Shown here piece after piece: positions 61,201-64,000 of a DNA stretch of 64,000 nt. This DNA comes from Tubiluchus corallicola (lineage: Eukaryota > Animalia > Priapulida), in the NCBI GenBank assembly GCA_030141605.1, contig JAQGDQ010000055.1, forward strand, positions 124,001 through 188,000. Reading direction: 5' to 3'. The position numbers were made by a program, and so were the translations under genes. Position 1 is the first letter of the stretch, and each line of letters opens with the position of its first letter. The notes beneath the pieces were generated by a model, which ran no database searches, was not told the DNA's origin, and was given only the letters and a program-made list of their open reading frames with translations.

Positions 61201-63331
61201 CTGTCGCTCCATGTCTTAAGCTTGGTAGGACAGAAATTTTCTGCATCTTACGTATTTAACTATTTTTTATTTTTTGATTTTTGTTTAGTGACAATTAATT
61301 ATTATGGTTTTGTTGTGTTTTTTCTTTATTGTTTTTTGTCTTGCATCATCACTGTCGAATGTTGTTTGTTTTTATTAAACCCGTCATCTGTATGAAAGGA
61401 CAGGAGATTAGATTTGGTCTCCCCCTCCCTGTCCTGCTCTGTAATTGTATTAATTTAATATTGAACTAACATTATTACTGTAAGTGACATTGGAGAAAAT
61501 AAAATACACCATGTTCTACATACTTTGTAAATACTAAATGGACGAAACATCAGCTATTTTGCCTACACTACATCTATGTTGCAGTATTTTTTCTGTCTGT
61601 AAAAATTATACGCTTATGTGCAAATTGTGTTCTGTTGATTTATTCCTGTTTCTTTACTGTAAATATCCAATGTTTCTAACGAAAATTATAATTATATTAT
61701 TGGGAGTTACTAATTAAAGCTTACTACACTTTGATTCATTGTTGAGTAATTCCTTGTTTATTTTATTAATGATTTAATATTTTTATTTATTTTTAGAGAC
61801 CAGCTGAAAACCTTACAGACAGGTGCAGGATATAAATTTGATGGCAGTGGATACCTGGTTATTAGCCGCGGAAGTTTCAACCCGGAAGATCGGTCGACTA
61901 TTTCATTTTCTTTCAAGACGTTTGCTGAGAATGGAATTCTCTTTTATGCTGGAAAAGAGGTGAGGATATTTGTGAGATAATAGCCAGCATCAGCACTTGA
62001 GTATACTTCTCATCATTACTGTATTTAAACTGTTTCAAAATTAACTTCTCTAGCTGTCAGATATCAAAACTTAGATTTTTGATCATAAAATTGTGTTTTG
62101 CCAGTTCAATATGTGTTGAATGTGGCCAATACATTAAACTATGTGCAACAATGTGGTAATAATATATGATGATAATCGGAACCTGTTTGCTAAGTTTATG
62201 TGAAAGAGTATATGACACAGTGGTCCATTGGAGGCTTAAGACTTGGAGGACTTGGATATGATTTTGACTAGATTTTCAAAACTAATGATTATGACTTGAA
62301 CCTAATTGGACCCCAGTGGAACTTGACTTGTCTCAAACTGAAAGTAAATTTGTGAACAAATGATTGGAAGGTAGACATTATATTTGTTGTTGTTGTTGTT
62401 TTGAATTTACGATTTATGCAGAATGAAACACATGGACTTCGTAATTCAGGTTAAAAAGGCGTGAACCTCTTAAATTACAGCTACCATTATGCAAACATTT
62501 GTTCATAAAATTCTTAGTGTTCATAACTTAGATTGGATGACTTAGTTATTTGTTAATGTATTCTATAACTATGATGCGATTCAGAAACTCATTTTGGTTT
62601 TATTTAAATATTCGTTAAATATAAACTTAAATTTTATAATAAGTTTATTTATCATCATTACAAGCAAAAGTTATGCTGAATTACAGTACAGCATAAATAT
62701 ACAAAATATAAAATTTTTTAGAAGAATAAGCAAGATAGAATATATTCGCGACAAGCAATATTACTTTTTATAAGATACATGAACGAAAAAAATTAAATTG
62801 AGTCAAAACTCAAGTTTTGAAGTTAAATGAGCCATCTGAGATAAAACTGTTCTTGAATTTCTCTGTTCTACATCTAGGTAAGGGGTATTTCAGATGGTGA
62901 TGAATGCTGAATCTATGAGTATGGGCATCTGGCAATAGAGTGGAGATTTTATTATTAGGATTTTGAATTGATGAAAGCAATTTTAAGCAAGAATTTTCGC
63001 GACTGTTAAATAAAGGTTGAAGATCTGCCGAAATTAGAGGATTTGCATAGTTTTCATTTGGAAAAATTATTTTCAACGAGTGTTTTTGAACTGTTTCTAA
63101 CAAATTGGAGAGATTTTGGGAAAGAGATGAGTGACTAATGTTACATACAAACTTTGCAGAGAGATTTCCTGTCCGTGGAAGTTCAAGATGGGAGGGTGTT
63201 GTTTCAGTATGATATGGGCGGAGGTCGAGCCCAGTTAGAAACTCAGGACATGTACAATGATGGCAAGTGGTATACGGTAGAAGCCAGCCGCTTCCATCAG
63301 GAGGGTCTCTTGAAAATTGATGGCATTGAGG
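1..63331 (+). CDS. LanA: Laminin alpha chain, alpha3/5 (LanA-like); partial multi-exon gene, 50 exons in window, incomplete at both ends
   Basis: Phase-compatible GT-AG exons encode laminin EGF-like (LE) Cys repeats, a long alpha3/5-type L4a/LF region (HYFPTLFQHQYEIEDG...YSWRGYA), L4b (YWVAPESYLGNKVTSYG), a heptad-rich coiled coil and LG modules (FVGCVEG, YKFDGSGY). Confidence 0.95.
1077..1214 (+). CDS. LanA: laminin alpha exon 2 (LE)
   Basis: ttttag|CNCSQYGAINQVCDLETGQCPC...WNYPNCD|gtaagt. Confidence 0.9.
1402..1807. mobile_element. TA-flanked MITE family C copy 1 (Tc1/mariner/pogo-like)
   Basis: TIRs CACTCACATCTCGGTT / AACCGAGCTATGATTG; inverted homologues at 40355 and 42828. Confidence 0.8.
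2429..2566 (+). CDS. LanA: laminin alpha exon 3 (LE)
   Basis: tttaag|CQCDLAGVTHEVCDVHSGWCICKDGY...FPECV|gtaagt; phase requires the AAG acceptor. Confidence 0.85.
3100..3425. repeat. About 30-bp minisatellite followed by (GT)n
   Basis: Unit CTCTTGTGCATGTGTCTCTCTCATGTGCAT about 9 times; (GT)n at 3374-3414. Confidence 0.9.
3479..3613 (+). CDS. LanA: laminin alpha exon 4 (LE)
   Basis: ttcag|CGCDPEGSEGEACNVVGQCRCKVNF...FPSCT|gtattt. Confidence 0.9.
4306..4440 (+). CDS. LanA: laminin alpha exon 5 (LE)
   Basis: ttcag|CNCDLHGSWGSSCNDAGQCTC...YPLCE|gtatgg. Confidence 0.9.
4771..4866 (+). CDS. LanA: laminin alpha exon 6 (LE)
   Basis: tttag|CNCDPAGVSATFEGCDSVAPGQLCECKERVT|gtatca. Confidence 0.9.
5025..5875. 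mobile_element. pogo/Tigger-like non-autonomous DNA transposon
   Basis: TA+CAGTAGGTGCCGCTTA ... TAAGCGGTGCCTGCTG+TA. Confidence 0.7.
6066..6160. repeat. 31-bp tandem repeat x3
   Basis: GTAATGTAACTACATATATGTATGTGTGTAC. Confidence 0.85.
6215..6283 (+). CDS. LanA: laminin alpha exon 7 (LE)
   Basis: ttcag|RICDQCKPLYWNLRANNPDGCQ|gtaagc. Confidence 0.9.
6540..6659 (+). pseudogene. Full-length 5S rRNA-like sequence; orphan pseudogene or head of a 5S-derived SINE
   Basis: GTCTACGGCCAT...GATCACCGAACTTAAGC...GGTTAGTACTTGGATGGGTGACC...GCTGTTGGCTT, 120 nt, with internal A and C boxes; no oligo-T terminator directly after it. Confidence 0.85.
6916..7074 (+). CDS. LanA: laminin alpha exon 8 (LE)
   Basis: tacag|CDCWLPGTLSGYNVC...ESNLFGCQ|gtgagt. 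Confidence 0.9.
7990..8246 (+). CDS. LanA: laminin alpha exon 9 (LE into L4a/LF)
   Basis: tttag|CECDIGGSDG...HYFPTLFQHQYEIEDG...IFSRTQ|gtttga. Confidence 0.9.
9232..9352 (+). CDS. LanA: laminin alpha exon 10
   Basis: tttag|PEVLLDLSLEKPNIYLLLYRYVN...DTE|gtaggt. Confidence 0.85.
9807..9961 (+). CDS. LanA: laminin alpha exon 11
   Basis: ttcag|AQKGYLDLRPASYPTF...LNAGEWTV...DPVFV|gtttgt. Confidence 0.85.
10459..11214. mobile_element. pogo/Tigger-like MITE family F copy 1
   Basis: TAGTAAGTCCTCACTTAA ... TTAAGCGAGGACTTACTG+TA; inverted relative at about 55748-56445. Confidence 0.75.
11254..11511 (+). CDS. LanA: laminin alpha exon 12
   Basis: tgtag|DYFVLLPSDYFEA...MAWLNENQ|gtattt. Confidence 0.9.
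11790..12620 (+). mobile_element. Degenerate LINE reverse-transcriptase fragment
   Basis: Frameshifted motifs LLDFSKAFDRV, NGIRQ, YADDITLL, HLGN. Confidence 0.8.
12647..12810 (+). CDS. LanA: laminin alpha exon 13
   Basis: ttcag|TSMYLDLVTAGSGTYILMVNYY...LYDCKY|gtaaaa. Confidence 0.88.
12908..14106. mobile_element. pogo-like non-autonomous element carrying a nested insertion
   Basis: TA+TAGTCAAACCT ... AGGTTTGATTA+TA. Confidence 0.55.
12942..13299 (+). mobile_element. Probable solo LTR
   Basis: TGTTGT...ACAATA termini, 5-bp direct repeat AAAAC on both sides, TATAA near 13066 and AATAAA near 13238. Confidence 0.55.
14130..14589. mobile_element. hAT-like MITE
   Basis: 8-bp TSD GGTATATC at 14122-14129 and 14590-14597; termini CTGTAGCGGAT / ATCCGCCGCTG. 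Confidence 0.8.
14731..14845 (+). CDS. LanA: laminin alpha exon 14
   Basis: ttcag|TLCRAVVLDMDGKAAEY...VNAAI|gtatgt. Confidence 0.88.
14867..15468. mobile_element. pogo/Tigger-like MITE
   Basis: TA+CAGTAAACTCCGCATAACTCAAA ... TTTGGGTTATGCGGAGTTTACTG+TA. Confidence 0.85.
15739..15824 (+). CDS. LanA: laminin alpha exon 15
   Basis: tttag|DSVVAIPLDDWSLDYLKPHFQCIKGADG|gtaagt. Confidence 0.88.
16055..16921. repeat. Near-identical tandem duplication of about 430 bp
   Basis: 16055-16482 versus 16483-16913, AGTTCTTA at all junctions. Confidence 0.95.
16883..17033 (+). CDS. LanA: laminin alpha exon 16
   Basis: tgcag|CQGNNFRSFPSSYKFEVEAG...LIYLDADQ|gtgggt. Confidence 0.85.
17120..17630 (-). mobile_element. 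TTAA-flanked (Kolobok/T2-like) MITE family A, inverted and internally deleted copy
   Basis: Ends GGGTCCGGTTTTCCTTTAA; internal sequence is the reverse complement of the copies at 38254, 46074 and 57858. Confidence 0.75.
17890..18025 (+). CDS. LanA: laminin alpha exon 17
   Basis: cacag|EPLDVTGTVTKRGTYNFIVHFYQPKYPTF...IHE|gtatca. Confidence 0.88.
18263..18402 (+). CDS. LanA: laminin alpha exon 18
   Basis: tccag|FLPTPFCSAESGCRA...PGEKSIFI|gtatgt. Confidence 0.88.
18496..19561. mobile_element. hAT-like non-autonomous element (family B) containing a nested MITE
   Basis: 8-bp TSD AATGATTC at 18488-18495 and 19562-19569; TIRs CAGTGGCGGCTCA / TGAGCCGCCATTA. Confidence 0.85.
18980..19521. mobile_element. 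Tigger-like MITE nested in the hAT element
   Basis: TA+TAGTGATATCTCAAGATACGAA ... TTCATAAGTCAAGGTCCACTA+TA; absent from the sister copy at 44608. Confidence 0.75.
19611..19729 (+). CDS. LanA: laminin alpha exon 19
   Basis: ttcag|DYVLAVPS...DKSARFISDCIGNDDFNI|gtatgt. Confidence 0.88.
19721..20218. repeat. 43-bp tandem array containing the exon-19 splice donor
   Basis: Unit CAACATTGAGTATGTGTATTATTATTGCATACTAATCTGCTGA about 9 times, interrupted at about 19830-19940. Confidence 0.95.
20272..20947. mobile_element. TIR element with TA flanks
   Basis: TACATGTGT..GCTT...TCCATAAGTCGG versus CCGACTTATGGA...AAGCACACATGTA. Confidence 0.6.
21355..21563 (+). CDS. LanA: laminin alpha exon 20 (end of L4a, LE)
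   Basis: tgtag|PNVQGWCRDAVFSLTTDYNNGALQCDC...GFPDCQ|gtaagc. Confidence 0.9.
21760..22010 (-). mobile_element. Degenerate 5S-derived SINE-like fragment
   Basis: Reverse complement of 21942-21996 reads AAGTTACATAACATCAGTCCTGGTTAGTAAATGGATGGGTAACTGCTGGGAAAA, matching the 5S internal control region; outer boundaries approximate. Confidence 0.5.
22536..22737 (+). CDS. LanA: laminin alpha exon 21 (LE)
   Basis: tttag|CDCPNGVCEETTGACICPPHVTG...ITGQC|gtatgt. Confidence 0.9.
23154..23598. mobile_element. Tc1/mariner/pogo-type MITE with CCGTA termini
   Basis: TA+CCGTATATACTCGCATATAAGCC ... GGCTTATATGCGAGTATATACAG+TA. Confidence 0.85.
23655..23908 (-). mobile_element. SINE-like retroposon
   Basis: Flanking near-direct repeat TAATGTGTAGAAG / TAATATGTAGAAG, short (TTC)n tail, tRNA A-box-like GCAGTGGCCTAGTGG at the - strand 5' end. 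Confidence 0.5.
27377..27721. mobile_element. hAT (Ac-like) MITE
   Basis: 8-bp TSD GTAGCAGC on both sides; TIRs TAGTGGTGAGCA / TGCTCACCCCTA; subterminal GAATC repeats. Confidence 0.85.
28021..28026 (-). terminator. Candidate ILP polyadenylation signal
   Basis: AATAAA on - strand with a U-rich tract downstream; alternative AATAAA at 28583-28588, 28511-28516 and 27842-27847. Confidence 0.35.
28666..29079 (-). CDS. Insulin-like peptide precursor (LIRP/bombyxin-type IRP), 137 aa, single coding exon, nested antisense in the laminin intron after exon 21
   Basis: Hydrophobic signal peptide ending VHA; B chain LCGQKLPQMFSFVC (C-X11-C); KR site; about 60-aa C peptide; RVTR site; 21-aa A chain GAYDECCAKPCDIREIFAYCM (CC-X3-C-X8-C); locally raised GC. 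Confidence 0.95.
   Translation of the reverse strand: MSGQKSGCCCVLLMMIVVIAEVHASRSRLCGQKLPQMFSFVCRGKFNNQGKRSLADDGGSKNVYDVQSRDTYDWYQPGGEDTDAFDQNNMVPFLDRPSALSFLRVGRSTGMVRVTRGAYDECCAKPCDIREIFAYCM
29140..29350 (-). promoter_or_regulatory. Putative ILP core promoter
   Basis: On - strand CATAAAA (29166-29172) about 90 nt upstream of the ATG; CRE-like TGACGTA (29340-29346) next to E-box CAGATG (29332-29337). Confidence 0.45.
29750..30145. repeat. (CT)n-rich polypyrimidine microsatellite
   Basis: Long CT dinucleotide and CACCCTCACTCT tracts. Confidence 0.95.
30146..31293 (+). mobile_element. Degenerate LINE-like remnant with (AAT)n tail inserted in a CT tract
   Basis: Pre-RT-like text FNQPFTMADVKLAIKR..NKALDNDGCHP; AATAAA plus (AAT)n at about 31247-31293; CT-rich sequence resumes afterwards. 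May be a composite. Confidence 0.5.
32418..32562 (+). CDS. LanA: laminin alpha exon 22 (LE)
   Basis: ttcag|CKDHVVGRQCDTC...DGSCICK|gtgagg; phase 2 matches exon 21 across a 9.7-kb intron. Confidence 0.9.
32627..33056. repeat. 98-bp tandem repeat, about 4.4 copies
   Basis: GACTAAC recurs at 32671, 32769, 32867 and 32965. Confidence 0.95.
34742..34882 (+). CDS. LanA: laminin alpha exon 23 (LE into L4b)
   Basis: attaag|ENVEGERCDAC...GCTSCFCFGITKSCSSSDWALVE|gtaatt. Confidence 0.88.
35790..36340 (-). mobile_element. 5'-truncated LINE (CR1/L2-group-like) ORF2 C-terminal fragment
   Basis: KKACKRIY...YCTLIRPILEYICPAWHTSLT...LESIQKR...PLCRTECFKSSFIPY; boundaries approximate. Confidence 0.85.
36371..36526 (+). 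CDS. LanA: laminin alpha exon 24 (L4b)
   Basis: ttcag|IIDMEGWNV...YWVAPESYLGNK|gtatta. Confidence 0.9.
37216..37314 (+). CDS. LanA: laminin alpha exon 25 (L4b)
   Basis: cctag|VTSYGTRLTYTI...ADVILT|gtaagt. Confidence 0.9.
38078..38161 (+). CDS. LanA: laminin alpha exon 26 (L4b)
   Basis: tgcag|GRNMSLFFTNFDQP...VKLVE|gtgggt. Confidence 0.88.
38254..38854 (+). mobile_element. TTAA-flanked MITE family A
   Basis: TTAA-AGCAAAACCGGA ... TCCTGTCTTCCT-TTAA. Confidence 0.85.
38960..39681. mobile_element. Old pogo-like MITE
   Basis: Imperfect TIRs CGGTCGAAGCTTGTTAAAAC / GTATAATGAAATTCGACTG+TA. Confidence 0.45.
40101..40219 (+). CDS. LanA: laminin alpha exon 27 (L4b)
   Basis: tacag|TNFVHADGTEATREQLMMVLSHLDALLIRATYY|gtagtt. 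Confidence 0.9.
40355..40753. mobile_element. MITE family C copy 2
   Basis: CACTCAAATCTCGGTTTGC ... GCAAACTGAGGTTTGAGTG+TA; internal match to copies 1 and 3. Confidence 0.8.
40947..41058 (+). CDS. LanA: laminin alpha exon 28
   Basis: tttag|MTNVSLPLA...VEKCQCPHNYIGSSCE|gtgagc. Confidence 0.9.
41332..41445 (+). CDS. LanA: laminin alpha exon 29 (LE)
   Basis: gatag|[26 protein letters not shown]...GQCI|gtaagt. Confidence 0.9.
41624..42130. mobile_element. Young pogo/Tigger-like MITE
   Basis: TA+CAGTGGCCGCCGCTTATTATGGACAC ... GTGTCCACAATAAGCGGCGGCCACTG+TA (25/26 match); CpG-rich. Confidence 0.9.
42410..42630 (+). CDS. LanA: laminin alpha exon 30 (LE)
   Basis: ctcag|DCRNNTRGHQCELC...CPLPTISNNFA...GFNCE|gtaaat. 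Confidence 0.9.
42828..43251. mobile_element. MITE family C copy 3
   Basis: TA+TACTCATATCTCGGTTTGCC ... GGCAAACCGAGATATGAGTG+TA. Confidence 0.85.
43981..44192 (+). CDS. LanA: laminin alpha exon 31 (LE)
   Basis: tctag|CAPGYYGEPTIPGGNC...GDAIIAKNCK|gtatgt. Confidence 0.9.
44608..45082 (-). mobile_element. Family B copy 2, inverted, without the nested insertion
   Basis: Reverse-complement similarity to 18510-18979 joined directly to 19524-19542. Confidence 0.75.
45171..45294 (+). CDS. LanA: laminin alpha exon 32 (LE)
   Basis: tgcag|CSCDMCGTIECNFENGLCEC...MYGFH|gtaaag. Confidence 0.9.
46074..46729 (+). mobile_element. TTAA-flanked MITE family A
   Basis: TTAA-AGCAAAACTGGA ... TCCTGTCTTCCT-TTAA; ends 20 nt before exon 33. 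Confidence 0.85.
46750..46907 (+). CDS. LanA: laminin alpha exon 33 (LE)
   Basis: ttcag|CQGCMDCNCSVAS...WNYSPYGCQ|gtatgt. Confidence 0.9.
48195..48490 (+). CDS. LanA: laminin alpha exon 34 (last LE, start of coiled coil)
   Basis: tttag|CDCDNF...GCQPCDVCTHVLIDDI...ATQLR|gtaggt. Confidence 0.9.
48627..48738 (+). CDS. LanA: laminin alpha exon 35 (coiled coil)
   Basis: tctag|PLVDGIVTDPTQVDL...VKLKAD|gtaaat. Confidence 0.8.
48791..49375 (+). mobile_element. TTAA-flanked MITE family A (diverged)
   Basis: TTAA-AGGAAAACTGG ... TCCTGTTTTCTTATAA. Confidence 0.8.
49845..49949 (+). CDS. LanA: laminin alpha exon 36 (coiled coil)
   Basis: tttag|TLAEMDDSNSHAASMKIKAREME...TVN|gtaagt. Confidence 0.8.
50818..50988 (+). 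CDS. LanA: laminin alpha exon 37 (coiled coil)
   Basis: ttcag|AVVYVQQL...AEAENMLNEIKARSF...MCEE|gtactt. Confidence 0.85.
51016..51499 (+). mobile_element. Second TTAA-type MITE family E copy 1
   Basis: TTAA-AGCACAAGAAAA ... CCCTTTTCCTTTGA; homologous to 59422-59896. Confidence 0.7.
51918..52105 (+). CDS. LanA: laminin alpha exon 38 (coiled coil)
   Basis: accag|VNKSSELVAK...NMENPVY|gtatgt. Confidence 0.83.
52600..52716 (+). CDS. LanA: laminin alpha exon 39 (coiled coil)
   Basis: tttag|EKMTMIEETVEDIE...ATTQYE|gtacgt. Confidence 0.85.
52914..53065 (+). CDS. LanA: laminin alpha exon 40 (coiled coil)
   Basis: tttag|GVASLKPEL...EAQARADELSEQAQQLS|gtcagt. Confidence 0.83.
53790..53955 (+). CDS. 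LanA: laminin alpha exon 41 (coiled coil)
   Basis: tttag|LSAKATDPASDAIKAAEANLDIVATIEAA...EEAE|gtgaga. Confidence 0.85.
54980..55163 (+). CDS. LanA: laminin alpha exon 42 (coiled coil)
   Basis: tttag|ESNARSSNLLANA...TFES|gtaaat. Confidence 0.85.
55748..56445. mobile_element. pogo/Tigger-like MITE family F copy 2
   Basis: CCTCGCTTAA ... TTAAGTGAAGACTTATTG+TA; shares the translated text CWNxLASLSEDLL with copy 1. Confidence 0.7.
56498..56683 (+). CDS. LanA: laminin alpha exon 43 (coiled coil)
   Basis: tttag|EVTKQANEADA...ARAKVQ|gtgaga. Confidence 0.85.
57392..57563 (+). CDS. LanA: laminin alpha exon 44 (end of coiled coil)
   Basis: ttcag|DQVKRIVP...KIAQLRDKVDMAREKANSIKVGM|gtacga. Confidence 0.85.
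57858..58470 (+). mobile_element. TTAA-flanked MITE family A
   Basis: TTAA-AGCAAAACC ... TCCTGTATTCCT-TTAA. Confidence 0.85.
59224..59368 (+). CDS. LanA: laminin alpha exon 45 (LG1)
   Basis: tacag|FFANTTLEVSNP...SMYFKS...LLVYIGNEASEAR|gtaaga. Confidence 0.88.
59422..59896 (+). mobile_element. MITE family E copy 2
   Basis: TTAA-AGCACAAGAAAA start and shared core GTGGTGCACACTGGGA. Confidence 0.7.
59994..60154 (+). CDS. LanA: laminin alpha exon 46 (LG1)
   Basis: tgcag|RFKREAGVITNDFMSIEIING...DNQWHLVVAE|gtaacc. Confidence 0.88.
60672..60831 (+). CDS. LanA: laminin alpha exon 47 (LG1)
   Basis: tttag|NGKMATLTV...MYVGGAP...LQRE|gttagc. Confidence 0.88.
60977..61086 (+). CDS. LanA: laminin alpha exon 48 (LG1 end)
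   Basis: ttcag|LVNRRFVGCVEGVSYNNEPVGLWNF...GCME|gtacgt. Confidence 0.9.
61797..61959 (+). CDS. LanA: laminin alpha exon 49 (LG2)
   Basis: tttag|DQLKTLQTGAGYKFDGSGY...FKTFAENGILFYAGKE|gtgagg. Confidence 0.9.
62620..63110 (-). mobile_element. 5'-truncated LINE ORF2 C-terminal fragment, same group as 35790-36340
   Basis: LETVQKHSLKIIFP...YPLPRCRTEKFKNSFI; boundaries approximate. Confidence 0.8.
63160..63331 (+). CDS. LanA: laminin alpha exon 50 (LG2)
   Basis: tgcag|RDFLSVEVQDGRVLFQYDMGGG...YNDGKWY...KIDGIE|gtatgt. Confidence 0.9.
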
Positions 63332-63523
63332 GTATGTAGTCTTCTTATTAACTCTTACAGTATTAATTTATATAGCTTAAGTAGCTAGATTCTTATAATT
63401 GTAGATTTGACATTAGATTTGCAAATTAAATTACTTGTGTTTGAGTAAGAGTCTTTGAGTTTGAGTGTGTTAGCAATAACGGTGTGCTGTTGGCTATGTA
63501 TAATTTTGTGTATTGTTATATCT

Positions 63524-64000
63524 TTAAAGGAAAACCGACCCAAACTTAAACTGTAGCTGAAAACAACCTACCCAATAAGATATTGAAAGGAAACATACTA
63601 TTTTTTCAAAAATAACTTATGCGGAAGAATTATTACAGAAACATAATTTTGCCTTCGTGCTGCTAGTTCCTCGCTGTTGCATGCACTTCACCATTCATTA
63701 GTTAGATGGACACTAGTGCCTGCATTTTGGAAAGTGTTGCACATAAAACAGGTGCTGTATCTCTTAGTTCAGATGTGTTAGTTTGTGAAGAATGTTTGAT
63801 GGCTCATGGGTGAGTACAGCAGGTTTTGTGTATCACTGTGAATGTTGCACAGTAGCACTGTAATTCAATTTTCTCGCATGAAATGCTTGTGTTGTTGAAA
63901 ATTATGTTCATTTGTGATGTCATCACTAGTTGGACTCGACTGCTGTTAAACAGGTTTTTAACCTATCATTTAAGTACCAGAAATGCTTTGTGATTATCAG
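63524..64000 (+). mobile_element. TTAA-flanked MITE family A, runs off the window end
   Basis: TTAA-AGGAAAACCGACCC start and internal similarity to the other copies. Confidence 0.8.

Overview
AT-rich animal (eukaryotic) genomic DNA. The whole window lies inside one large + strand laminin alpha-chain gene of the alpha3/5 (LanA) type. I could chain 50 GT-AG exons in a consistent reading phase from 1 to 63331: LE repeats, L4a/LF, LE, L4b, LE, coiled coil, LG1 and part of LG2. Start and stop lie outside the window. The largest intron (22738-32417) hosts a complete, apparently intronless insulin-like peptide gene on the - strand (28666-29079) with signal peptide, B chain, C peptide and a 21-aa A chain, resembling arthropod LIRP/bombyxin-type IRPs. 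Introns are packed with non-autonomous DNA transposons (TTAA/Kolobok-like, TA/pogo-mariner-like, 8-bp-TSD hAT-like), LINE remnants, a probable solo LTR, 5S-derived SINE-like elements and tandem repeats. Several local duplications copy the gene's own splice sites. All calls come from manual reading; no searches were run.
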